Shown here: piece by piece, positions 1 to 8,308 of the stretch
Position numbering within the stretch: position 1 is the stretch's first letter
Layout: every line of letters starts with the position of its first letter
IMG/VR virus record: IMGVR_UViG_3300025736_000022
DNA length: 20,000 bases
Direction: 5' to 3' (one strand)
Source of the DNA: an uncultured virus (IMG/VR IMGVR_UViG_3300025736_000022)
Lineage: Duplodnaviria > Heunggongvirae > Uroviricota > Caudoviricetes
Position numbers and translations under genes: made by a program
The notes under the pieces: model-generated
Databases searched by the model: none
What the model saw: only the letters and a program-made list of their open reading frames with translations
What the model was told of the DNA's origin: nothing

Positions 1-1
1 C

Positions 2-457
2 GCTAATTTAGGTTTTGGTTATGCGGAGAAAACACAGAGCGGGGGAAAGGCTCTGACATTTTATGCTGGCATAGTTATGTGGAGTAGTGTCAAAGGCAAA
101 ATCATCAAAGCGATAAAGGGTAAGCCAAGACAAATAGGCACTTACTGCGAAGTGCGAATACAAAAGAATCGAATCACGGGGAAAGACCGCAGAGTAATAG
201 TACCCATATACTGGAGTTGTGGGATTGATGATATTGGTGCTTGTGTTGATTTTCTGGTGGATGAAAACCACTGGGTTCAACCTAAAGGCAGCAGTATCAT
301 TACGGCATCTGATTTGGGCCTTAAGGGAAAACGTGAATCTTTGATTCGAGCTATTGAGCGTAAAGGACTCGAGCGCGATGTGCGGGAGACCGTAGCAGAA
401 GTGTGGGCTGAAATCGAAGCAGCTTGTGAAGTGAAGCGCAAACCTAGATATGAATAA
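2..457 (+). CDS. recA: RecA/UvsX-like recombinase, C-terminal part (5' end outside window)
   Basis: The frame is open from position 2 and reads ANLGFGYAEKTQSGGKALTFYAGIVMW. This matches the RecA L2-loop/GGxALKFYA motif and is followed by IG..CEVRIQKNR and GIDD. The ORF-track start at 77 is internal. Confidence 0.88.
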   Translation, partial: ANLGFGYAEKTQSGGKALTFYAGIVMWSSVKGKIIKAIKGKPRQIGTYCEVRIQKNRITGKDRRVIVPIYWSCGIDDIGACVDFLVDENHWVQPKGSSIITASDLGLKGKRESLIRAIERKGLERDVRETVAEVWAEIEAACEVKRKPRYE

Positions 458-481
458 TTCAATGGGACGAATAGGTGTGCT

Positions 482-940
482 ATGAAACGTATTCCGCTCA
501 CACAAGGTCAATACGCACTTGTCGATGATAAAGTCTACGTGAAACTTTCCAGATACAAATGGTACGCGTTGTGGAGCAAGCGTACGCAGAGTTTCTATGC
601 TGTACGCGGTATCCGCCTGACAAATGGCAAACTTACAATAGAAAGGATGCACAGACGAATATTAGGTTTGAAATATGGGGATAAACGTCAAGGTGACCAT
701 ATCAATCACAACACACTGGATAATCGAAGGTTCAATATCAGGATTGTTACACACCAGGAAAACCAACACAATCGACGAAGCAAAGGATACTATAAACAGG
801 GACGGAAGTATCATGCCCAGATCAGAATGGATGGCATGCAAATATATCTTGGAATGTTCGATACACGTGCCGAAGCTCGCGCGGCATATTTGAAGGCAAA
901 ACGAATCTATCATCCATCGGCACCTATCCCGAAAGATTGA
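482..940 (+). CDS. Free-standing HNH homing endonuclease with C-terminal AP2 DNA-binding domain
   Basis: N-terminal IPLTQGQYALVDD, HNH motif DHINHNTLDNRRFNIRIVTHQENQHN, and AP2-like KYHAQIRMDGMQIYLGMFDTRAEARAAY. Confidence 0.9.
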   Translation: MKRIPLTQGQYALVDDKVYVKLSRYKWYALWSKRTQSFYAVRGIRLTNGKLTIERMHRRILGLKYGDKRQGDHINHNTLDNRRFNIRIVTHQENQHNRRSKGYYKQGRKYHAQIRMDGMQIYLGMFDTRAEARAAYLKAKRIYHPSAPIPKD

Positions 941-955
941 AGGGGAAACCTCGAT

Positions 956-1174
956 ATGAATAATTCCGAAGCGGTCGAAACAGAAAGACATTGTGGTACA
1001 TGCAAATTTTCATCCCCCCTTAAAACGGGCGAACATGCCGTACCAATAGGCAAAAAAGGACTGTTATGCAATTGGGTATATGAACACATCATTCCAAGTT
1101 CAATGAACACGTACTCCACATTCATGTTTGAAGATCAAGGTATTTGTTGTCCATGTTGGAAGGAAAAAACATGA
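956..1174 (+). CDS. Small Cys-rich hypothetical protein (possible metal binding)
   Basis: 72 aa with CGTC...C...CCPCW. GAAGGGG lies upstream, and the stop overlaps the next ATG (ATGA at 1171-1174). Confidence 0.65.
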   Translation: MNNSEAVETERHCGTCKFSSPLKTGEHAVPIGKKGLLCNWVYEHIIPSSMNTYSTFMFEDQGICCPCWKEKT

Positions 1175-2010
1175 ACCCTTGGCTGCTCTTGGACGTAAAT
1201 TTCCTGTGCCATCGCGTACGTTACTCTATGCCAGCTTTAACCTACGATGGCAAGGCGACCGGAATCATTTATGGCTTCCTTCAAACAGTCCAATACCTAG
1301 AAAAGCAATTTGAGAGCAACCGTGTAGTATTTTGTTTTGACTCACGATACAATCTTCGCAAGGATATGCTCCCAACATACAAAGCCAATCGCAAAGTAGA
1401 ACCGGCGGACGAAACAAAGCAGATATTCATCAGAGATTTTCGTTTGCAAATGGCCAAGCTTCGCGTTAAATATTTGCACGGTGTCGGTTATACCAATATA
1501 TTCGTTCAAACTGGATACGAAAGTGACGATATCTTAGCATCTATAGCTCAGCGCATCCCCAAAAAACAAACCGCTATTATCGTTACGGCCGACCATGATC
1601 TATTTCAGTGTATTCAGGGCAACATTTCTGTCTACAATCCAATCCAACGAAAGACTACGAATCTCCAAAGGTTTTACAAAACATACGGAATCAAACCCAA
1701 CCAATGGCATGAGATGAAAGCCATTGCGGGATGTTCATCGGATAACATCAAAGGCGTTCCAGGTGTGGGTGAAAAAACGGCCATCAAATATCTCCGCAAA
1801 GAAAAAATCAGCGGGAGATTATATGAGCGCATAGAACAGTTCAAGCAAACAATTGATTACAAACTCAACTTAGCGTTAGTAACGCTACCGCTTGACGGTA
1901 CAATGCGATTCAAATTGAAGCCTAATAAGTTCTCCAAACGTAAATGGGATAGGCTTGTGAACAAGCTTGGTATGTATTCTTTAGATCAGAATATACAAAG
2001 CCAAACGTAG
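1171..2010 (+). CDS. 5'-3' exonuclease / flap endonuclease (Pol I 5' nuclease, T4 RNase H family)
   Basis: Motifs LLDVNFLCHR, FCFDS, RKDMLPTYKANR, GYESDDILAS, IVTADHDLFQ, and the H3TH motif GCSSDNIKGVPGVGEKTA. Start placed at ATG 1171 after the AAGGA Shine-Dalgarno (SD) sequence. Confidence 0.93.
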   Translation: MNPWLLLDVNFLCHRVRYSMPALTYDGKATGIIYGFLQTVQYLEKQFESNRVVFCFDSRYNLRKDMLPTYKANRKVEPADETKQIFIRDFRLQMAKLRVKYLHGVGYTNIFVQTGYESDDILASIAQRIPKKQTAIIVTADHDLFQCIQGNISVYNPIQRKTTNLQRFYKTYGIKPNQWHEMKAIAGCSSDNIKGVPGVGEKTAIKYLRKEKISGRLYERIEQFKQTIDYKLNLALVTLPLDGTMRFKLKPNKFSKRKWDRLVNKLGMYSLDQNIQSQT

Positions 2011-2043
2011 TGTACACAAATTATCATTATGAAAGGAAACATC

Positions 2044-2172
2044 ATGCCGAAAAGAGACAAAACAGGACCGCCAAGTGGTTCGCAAGGCCCGCGTGATGGC
2101 AGAGGCGGAGGTAAAGGCACTGCTAAGGGTAAAGGCACAGGCAAAAAAACAGGGGGTAAAAAGGGCAGTTAA
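2044..2172 (+). CDS. 42-aa Gly/Lys-rich basic microprotein, DUF5320-like N-terminus (not in ORF track)
   Basis: Manual translation MPKRDKTGPPSGSQGPRDGRGGGKGTAKGKGTGKKTGGKKGS*. AAAGGA SD at 2032-2037. The ORF fills an otherwise empty gap in a + strand operon. Confidence 0.7.
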   Translation: MPKRDKTGPPSGSQGPRDGRGGGKGTAKGKGTGKKTGGKKGS

Positions 2173-2186
2173 CAATGTCTAGGCCA

Positions 2187-2236
2187 ACATTTCCCCGATG
2201 TGTCTGAAATCGATTAACCGGCCATCGGGGAAATGT
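2187..2236. promoter_or_regulatory. Perfect 14-bp inverted repeat (hairpin or operator-like) upstream of the sigma-like gene
   Basis: ACATTTCCCCGATG (2187-2200) and CATCGGGGAAATGT (2223-2236) with a 22-nt spacer. It ends just before the AAGGA SD of the 2253 gene. Function is unknown. Confidence 0.55.
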
Positions 2237-2252
2237 AAAGGATGAAAAACCA

Positions 2253-2813
2253 ATGAAGGAATCGACTAGATATAGGAGGCAAAAAGGCTATTGGTCCCCT
2301 AATCTACAACGTATCATGGAGGCAGCAGCAGCAAAAGTGTTGTACCGACTACGTGACTATCGTGGTTTTGTTACTAGGGATGATTTGGTGTCAGAGGCGT
2401 GGTTGGATAGTGGGAGATATGGTTGCCCAAAAACTGAGAAGAAGCAATATATATGGTGCATGTTACATATTTGTGCTGCCAAGAAGCGATTAGAAAAACG
2501 GAACAAACCGTTCAGTATATTACCGGCCCCTATATTTACATCATTGGATTTAGTGGATGAAAATAGTGATTGTTTTGTAGAACAGGCTCACGAAGAGGAT
2601 GTGTTAGAAGCAGAGGATTGTTGGTATATGCTTATCTCTTGCTGTGATACAGATAGGGATTGTGATATATTACGCCATAGACTTATGGGTGAGACGATGC
2701 AGCAGATAGGTGATGTGTATGGGATATGTAGGGAGCGGGTGCGACAGATCTTATGCAAAATAAAAAAACAGTATGATGAGATAACAAAGGAAAGGATAGA
2801 GGAAGACTGGTGA
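2253..2813 (+). CDS. Sigma-70-like transcription factor (region 4 HTH, weak region 2)
   Basis: C-terminal ILRHRLMGETMQQIGDVYGICRERVRQILCKIK resembles sigma region 4.2 (TLEEIG..F.VTRERIRQI). RDDLVSEAWL resembles region 2.2. Confidence 0.75.
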   Translation: MKESTRYRRQKGYWSPNLQRIMEAAAAKVLYRLRDYRGFVTRDDLVSEAWLDSGRYGCPKTEKKQYIWCMLHICAAKKRLEKRNKPFSILPAPIFTSLDLVDENSDCFVEQAHEEDVLEAEDCWYMLISCCDTDRDCDILRHRLMGETMQQIGDVYGICRERVRQILCKIKKQYDEITKERIEEDW

Positions 2814-3442
2814 CTAAGAGAAAAGGGATGGGCAAACAAAAAGGCAATGCTTTTGAACGAAAAATCAGCAAGCAACTATCGCTCTGGTGGACTGCGGGAA
2901 AACACGACGATATATTTTGGCGAACGGATACATCTGGCGGCAGAGCAACGGTACGTAAAGGCAAGCGGACGTACGGCCAGCACGGAGACATCTGCGCACG
3001 ACACGAAAGCGGAACGGCTTTAACCGAACTTTGTACAATCGAATGTAAGCACGGGTACGTGAAAGACAGCCTTGCTGATTTGATAGACCGCCAAGAACGA
3101 CAACGACCTACATACCTCAAATTCATCATGCAGGCTATCGAGGAAAAACGTTCAGCAAAAACTCCATACTGGCTGCTAATAACACAGCGAACGGGCCGCG
3201 AACCTTTGATAGTGTTTCCGCATGCGATGCTAAAGAAACTATTATGGGATGGGGATGATCCATTCGCTGACTTCATTCCAAACTTTAGACTGGACATTAA
3301 AATTCCAGACAGAAAAGAAGATGTATGGATTTGTGGAACGTCGCTATCTGAATTTGATCTGCGGGTAAACCCGAAACTTTTCATCCAACTCCACCACAAA
3401 TGGAAACGCCACCTATCCAGAAAGCACACACGAAATGACTAG
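2810..3442 (+). CDS. PD-(D/E)xK nuclease, Hjc-like Holliday junction resolvase
   Basis: KQKGNAFERKISKQL, SGG, HGDI and TIECKHG match Hjc-type motifs. The GTG start overlaps the previous stop (GTGA). Confidence 0.8.
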   Translation: MTKRKGMGKQKGNAFERKISKQLSLWWTAGKHDDIFWRTDTSGGRATVRKGKRTYGQHGDICARHESGTALTELCTIECKHGYVKDSLADLIDRQERQRPTYLKFIMQAIEEKRSAKTPYWLLITQRTGREPLIVFPHAMLKKLLWDGDDPFADFIPNFRLDIKIPDRKEDVWICGTSLSEFDLRVNPKLFIQLHHKWKRHLSRKHTRND

Positions 3443-4013
3443 ATATGAAAAACTCAAGCAGTTAATCGAGCAATGGACACGCGCTGAGATACTGGCGCGG
3501 TACGCCTCTTGGGGCATGCATACTGAATGGGGTGACTATTTTCAACAAGCACTTGAATTGCAAGGCAAGATACGCAAGTTGGCGTTAGGTAGCGATAATA
3601 TACTTGAGTTGGGATACAAGTGGCGTTTGATTCCGGAACCTGAAGACGTACATACAAAAGTTGTTAGTTTAGACGCAAAGCGAAAAAAGAGATCCGAACG
3701 AATGCGTGTCGTCCATTGTAAGAAGGAAGACTACGATGTATACATCGGACGTTCATCTAAATGGGGCAACCCATACCGAATAGGTAAGCATGGTACTCGC
3801 AAAGAAGTCATCAACAAATACCGCCGATGGATCTTGCGTCAGCCGAAACTTTTGAACTCATTAGATGAAATTCGTGGTAAGGTGTTAGGTTGTAAGACGG
3901 TTTCGGAGCGTGACACTGGTCAGGTGTTGATTGATTTGTGTATGCGAGATTCTACCAACATCGGAGATTTGAAACCCCAACGAAAGAAAAAACCTCATGC
4001 TAAAAGGCATTAA
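3435..4013 (+). CDS. Protein with unknown N-terminal domain fused to a DUF4326-like domain
   Basis: From residue 90: RVVHCKKEDYDVYIGRSSKWGNPYRIGKHGTRKEVINKYRRW...IRGKVLGC, typical of DUF4326. The terminal Cys/His motif is degenerate. Confidence 0.75.
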   Translation: MTRYEKLKQLIEQWTRAEILARYASWGMHTEWGDYFQQALELQGKIRKLALGSDNILELGYKWRLIPEPEDVHTKVVSLDAKRKKRSERMRVVHCKKEDYDVYIGRSSKWGNPYRIGKHGTRKEVINKYRRWILRQPKLLNSLDEIRGKVLGCKTVSERDTGQVLIDLCMRDSTNIGDLKPQRKKKPHAKRH

Positions 4014-4917
4014 AATTTCAAACCACAGATCGAACCACTCCCTCAAAATCGTATTCAGCAAACATGTAACTACGATCTGTGGTGAGAGCTTTCAGGGCAA
4101 GAGCAACGCTTTGCGAGCAATCAAATGGGTAGCTCGAAACAAACCTACTGGCACCAGCTTCATCTCATGGGGGCATAAACAATCTTCCGTCTTACTCGCA
4201 ACAGACAAACATCGAGTGCGTCGGACTCGCAGCAAATCAAAAAATACATATGAGATAGACGGACAGGAACTACATGCATTTGGAAATGGTGTGCCTGATT
4301 CTGTACAAAATGCTTTACGTTTGTCCGAACTAAACTTTCAAACCCAACAAGAAATACCACATGGTAGCGGCCCTTTGTTTTGGTTTGCCCTTTCATCGGG
4401 TGAGGTGAGTAGACGACTGAATGCTGTTGTCAACTTAGATTTGATCGATCGCATTCAAACCAATGCCCAAAAAAAACTACGTACCGCACAAACGCTTGAA
4501 CACGAATACGAACGAATTGTTGAAGAAGAAAAAAGCCAATCTGAACAACTAACCTATGCAAAGCAAATGTTCCATGATTGGCAACCTATACATCAATCGT
4601 ATGATAGTATCCAAAGAATTTCAAAACAACGGGATGAATTGAAAGAACTACTCACAGATGTCCAAAATCAAAAACAAAACGCCGTAAAGATGAATAAAAT
4701 TCTATTGGCTTTACAAAAGGACCTCACACCACTTGAAATTTTACGACAAACGATAATAAAAACAGAGAACAGATATGATAGTTTGTGTATAGCGATTCAA
4801 AAAGCCCAACACTTGCAAAATGTAATATGTGAATTGCAAAAACGAAAAGAAACAACAAAGCAGAAATACAAACAAAAGATGAAAGACAGGTGTCCATTAT
4901 GCAATCAAAAGACTTAG
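3997..4917 (+). CDS. SbcC/Rad50-like ATPase, N-terminal half (Walker A, Q-loop, coiled coil, terminal zinc hook)
   Basis: MLKGIKISNHRS, Walker A GESFQGKS, Q-loop NFQTQQE, a long heptad-rich region, and CPLC at 4891-4902 just before the stop. No Walker B or signature motif. Confidence 0.88.
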   Translation: MLKGIKISNHRSNHSLKIVFSKHVTTICGESFQGKSNALRAIKWVARNKPTGTSFISWGHKQSSVLLATDKHRVRRTRSKSKNTYEIDGQELHAFGNGVPDSVQNALRLSELNFQTQQEIPHGSGPLFWFALSSGEVSRRLNAVVNLDLIDRIQTNAQKKLRTAQTLEHEYERIVEEEKSQSEQLTYAKQMFHDWQPIHQSYDSIQRISKQRDELKELLTDVQNQKQNAVKMNKILLALQKDLTPLEILRQTIIKTENRYDSLCIAIQKAQHLQNVICELQKRKETTKQKYKQKMKDRCPLCNQKT

Positions 4918-5861
4918 AAGTTGCTGCTATATTTTGTAGTGATTTACACCTGAGCCTCCAACCACCAATCTACCGATCTAAAGAACCTGATTGGTTTGAA
5001 GCCATGTCACGACCTCTGTGTGAATTGCGACAGCTACAAGAGACACATCAATGCCCTGTTATATGTTGTGGTGATGTATTTGATAAATGGAAGGCTGAAC
5101 CTGAATTGATCAACTTTGCCTTGGTACGTTTACCCGAACGGTTTCACACTATTGCTGGGCAGCACGATCTACCAAATCATAGTATTGATGATATACAGAA
5201 AAGTGCATTACGCACATTGCATATAGCGAATGCATCACAATTATTCAACACATCCCACTCTTCCCTTTTCCCCCCAGACTTCGGACTGCGATCAGCTCAT
5301 TACGGAGAATTGTTGCCCAAAATTTCAAACAAACAATACACAATCAATATAGGTATTCTGCATCAATACAATTGGATACCCGCAAGTAAACATCTGAAAG
5401 CAGAAAAGAAAAGCCAAATAACATCGAGACGCAAAGAATTCAAATCATACGACTACATATTTTGTGGAGACAACCACATACCATTTTGCAGAGAATTCAA
5501 ATGGGGTAGCACCTTTGTAAATTGCGGCGCTATGATGATCCGCAAATCCGACGATAACTTCATTCCCAAGTTTTGGTTACTGGTGCGAAGTAATATCGAT
5601 CAACATCGGTCATTTCGCATTGTCCCTTACAAAATCAATACCAAACACGATGTATATTGGAAAGATCCGAAAGTCAAAGAAAACGAGCACGAACCTTCTA
5701 TCGATGACTTGGCTGATTTCAAACACGAACTAGAAAAGTTAGGTGAAAGCGGACAAGATGTTGTGGCTGGAATAAAAGCATACATATCCAACTTACAAAA
5801 TGTTTCAAGCAAAACTACAAACTTCATTGAAAAGATTTTACATGAATGCCAAAACCAATAA
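4899..5861 (+). CDS. SbcD/Mre11-like metallophosphoesterase nuclease
   Basis: Calcineurin-like motifs SDLH, CGDVFD, GQHD, LHQY, GDNH and VNCG. It sits between the two SbcC halves. Start is either ATG 4899 or GTG 4890. Confidence 0.88.
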   Translation: MQSKDLEVAAIFCSDLHLSLQPPIYRSKEPDWFEAMSRPLCELRQLQETHQCPVICCGDVFDKWKAEPELINFALVRLPERFHTIAGQHDLPNHSIDDIQKSALRTLHIANASQLFNTSHSSLFPPDFGLRSAHYGELLPKISNKQYTINIGILHQYNWIPASKHLKAEKKSQITSRRKEFKSYDYIFCGDNHIPFCREFKWGSTFVNCGAMMIRKSDDNFIPKFWLLVRSNIDQHRSFRIVPYKINTKHDVYWKDPKVKENEHEPSIDDLADFKHELEKLGESGQDVVAGIKAYISNLQNVSSKTTNFIEKILHECQNQ

Positions 5862-6096
5862 GCTGCAAGAAGTCCTACAGCTTTGCAAATTACTATCTGA
5901 GTTGGATCGAAGCAAAGCTCGTGCTGAAGGTTCACTAGATCAATCGATGCGCATGTTACAAAAAGATTTTGATGTCACATCGATCGATGAAGCTAAACGG
6001 TTACTTGCAAAAATGAATACAACGTTGGACAAAAAGAATCGAACATTTGAAACCAGACTGGAAAGATTCAAACAGCGATGGAAAAGATATCTGTAA
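5842..6096 (+). CDS. Small coiled-coil protein within the SbcCD locus
   Basis: 84 aa from ATG 5842, helical and heptad-rich (LSELDRSKARAEGSLDQSMRMLQKDFDVTSIDEAKRLLAKM). Overlaps both neighbours. Confidence 0.75.
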   Translation: MNAKTNKLQEVLQLCKLLSELDRSKARAEGSLDQSMRMLQKDFDVTSIDEAKRLLAKMNTTLDKKNRTFETRLERFKQRWKRYL

Positions 6097-6656
6097 AATC
6101 AATCGACGTAACAGTTCGCAACTGCTATGACGAATACACGCAAGGTGTAACTCAATACATCCGCGCAAAGAAACAACACAAACAAGCTCGTACCAATAGG
6201 ATTGTCGCAAAAAAAGCCCAAACCATTTTACAGCATGCCTCCGAACAAATCCAACGGGAAGCTCACAAACGAATCGCATCTACCGTTACAACTTGTATGC
6301 AATTCGTATTTGGTGATTCCTATTCCTTCTGCATAAAGTTTGCGCGTATGAGGGGCCGAACCCAAGCTAATTTACAATTGCTCAAGGATGGAAATGTAAT
6401 CACTGATCCGGCAAATGAGGATTCGGGTGGTGTATTAGATGTGGCTGCATTTGCATTGAGGCTCAGTTGTTTGGTAATGCACAAACCCGTTTTGCAGCGA
6501 GTGCTTATTTTGGATGAGCCTTTCCGATTTGTATCTGCTAAGTACCGCCCACGTATTAAAGGACTCCTCATCAGATTAAGCAAAGAGTTTGAAGTGCAAA
6601 TCGTACAAGTGACACACCAACCAGAATACATGATAGGAAAGGTAGTAGAACTATGA
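6078..6656 (+). CDS. SbcC/Rad50-like ATPase, C-terminal half (signature, Walker B, H-loop)
   Basis: Short coiled coil, then DSGGVLDVAAFALRL (ABC signature), LILDEPF (Walker B/D-loop) and IVQVTHQ (H-loop). Confidence 0.9.
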   Translation: MEKISVKSIDVTVRNCYDEYTQGVTQYIRAKKQHKQARTNRIVAKKAQTILQHASEQIQREAHKRIASTVTTCMQFVFGDSYSFCIKFARMRGRTQANLQLLKDGNVITDPANEDSGGVLDVAAFALRLSCLVMHKPVLQRVLILDEPFRFVSAKYRPRIKGLLIRLSKEFEVQIVQVTHQPEYMIGKVVEL

Positions 6657-8308
6657 GTGTAAACTTCATTGTGAACAAAGGATCATTTCGCATTCTACAC
6701 ATCACCAAAAATCCATTGCAGCTAATCGAACGTTGTGGCCGCACGGCATATCAAAACCAAGATAAAATAACCAAAGATTCAGCCAAAAAGTTCATCCAAA
6801 TGTTAATCGCGCGCGGACACGAATCAGTTCTTGAACATGCTACGATGACAGTTCAATTCAATAACGTTAGCAGAGGATTCACACATGAGTTGTCGCGACA
6901 TCGTTTGTGTTCTTTTTGTCTTAGCGGAAAAACAAGACTTATCAGTCATCCAAACCTAAAAACTCATACACCAACAGGTAAATTTTGGACTATTGAACAA
7001 CTTTACAAATGGCAAAAAGACAAGAAACGCAAAGGAAGGATAAAACTGATCCGATTACGCAGTATTGATAAGCATGGAAGAATTGTACCTGGAAAAATAA
7101 GAAGAGTCTTATTCGCGGGCAAAAAACCACTATTAGAAATTCGATGCATCAGCGGACGTCATATACAATCTACCAAATATCATTTCTTTTTAACTGTGGA
7201 TGGTTGGAAACAATTGAAAGATTTATCTATTGGTGATCGTATATTTGCAAATGGGTTGCCATCACTTCAAAATAAAGAATGGCTCGAAAGAGTATATATC
7301 AAAGAAAATAACACTTTAAAAGAAACAGCTCAATTAGCTGGCTGCTGTACTGGTACAGTTACAAAAGCTTTACGAAAGCATGGAATTAACAAACCCCTTT
7401 CCATGAGAAAGAATAGAAAACCTGGACATGGAATTCCTGGAATGCATGGAGCAAAAGGCAGGAAAGAAATCAGTTTACGTATGATGGGAAGTCACAACCA
7501 CCAATGGAAAGGATCAGATATAAAAGAAGGTGCAGGAAGACAGAGAGCCCGCACTTTATATCCAACCGATTGTTGCTGGGGCTGTGGAACTGCCAATAAT
7601 CTTGAGCATCATCATATGGATAAAAATCCAAAAAACAACACCCCGGCAAATGTAAAAATCCTATGTTCTGGGTGCCATAAATCTTTTCACTATAGCGAAG
7701 GACATACTGTAACAGTATTTTTAGATGAGATAGTTTCCATCAAATCGATTGGCGTTGCACAGACATACGATTTAGAAATGGAAACGAAACCCCCTAATTT
7801 TGTTGCTAACGGAATAGTGGTACACAATTCGCAGGAGTCAACACGGTATGTGGATGAGAGCAATTTCACATTTGTGTGCCCCCCTGGATTGCGAGATTGT
7901 GAAACAGAAATGGATCTGCAAACTATCATCGATACTATCCATGGAGTGGAAACGGCATACAACGGATTAACGAGTAAAGGATGGCCAGCGCAAGACGCCC
8001 GTCAATTTCTTCCCATCGGCATCAAAAGTCAGATCGTCATAACCGCAAACTTTCGGCAATGGCGTCATATCTTTCAACTCCGTACTACCCTAGCAGCCCA
8101 TTGGGAAATTCGACGTGTTATGATAATGCTGCTTACAACGCTTCGCAACCGCGCTGTGCCTATAGTATTCAATAATATAATTCCACAGTTCACCAAAAAG
8201 GAGGCTGAAGATTGGGGTTGGAAAGTTACACAGCATAATTCTGAAAGTGGATTTGTTCGTGCCGAATTTAATAATGAGGAAATTCAATGCCTCCCCGTAG
8301 AGGAATGA
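6653..8308 (+). CDS. thyX: Flavin-dependent thymidylate synthase ThyX precursor containing an intein (247 aa after splicing)
   Basis: GHESVLEH, then SRGFTHELSRHRLCSF joined to SQESTRYV, which restores the RHRx7S motif. Also AQDARQFLP and NFRQWRHIFQLR...AHWEIR. Confidence 0.95.
   Translation: MSVNFIVNKGSFRILHITKNPLQLIERCGRTAYQNQDKITKDSAKKFIQMLIARGHESVLEHATMTVQFNNVSRGFTHELSRHRLCSFCLSGKTRLISHPNLKTHTPTGKFWTIEQLYKWQKDKKRKGRIKLIRLRSIDKHGRIVPGKIRRVLFAGKKPLLEIRCISGRHIQSTKYHFFLTVDGWKQLKDLSIGDRIFANGLPSLQNKEWLERVYIKENNTLKETAQLAGCCTGTVTKALRKHGINKPLSMRKNRKPGHGIPGMHGAKGRKEISLRMMGSHNHQWKGSDIKEGAGRQRARTLYPTDCCWGCGTANNLEHHHMDKNPKNNTPANVKILCSGCHKSFHYSEGHTVTVFLDEIVSIKSIGVAQTYDLEMETKPPNFVANGIVVHNSQESTRYVDESNFTFVCPPGLRDCETEMDLQTIIDTIHGVETAYNGLTSKGWPAQDARQFLPIGIKSQIVITANFRQWRHIFQLRTTLAAHWEIRRVMIMLLTTLRNRAVPIVFNNIIPQFTKKEAEDWGWKVTQHNSESGFVRAEFNNEEIQCLPVEE
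6917..7828 (+). mobile_element. Intein (304 aa) with internal HTH, NUMOD3-like segment and HNH endonuclease
   Basis: Starts CLSGKTRL, has block B-like STKYHFFLTVDGW, and ends TYDLEM...NFVANGIVVHN before Ser+1. Internal CWGC...HHMDKNPKNNTPANVKILCSGCHKSFH. Confidence 0.93.

Noticed and set aside
8..652. 214-aa minus-strand ORF
   Set aside because: Antisense shadow of recA and the HNH-AP2 gene, with no recognisable motifs.
1981..2175. 64-aa minus-strand ORF in the gap after the exonuclease
   Set aside because: The + strand 42-aa ORF has an SD, matches operon direction and resembles a known family, so this ORF is its shadow.
2683..3429. 248-aa minus-strand ORF
   Set aside because: Antisense to the sigma-like and resolvase genes, which have clear motifs and coupled starts.
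4891..6096. SbcC split as pseudogenisation, sequencing error or stop-codon recoding
   Set aside because: An intact nuclease gene lies between the halves, all ATPase motifs are retained, and TAA, TAG and TGA all act as normal stops in this window.
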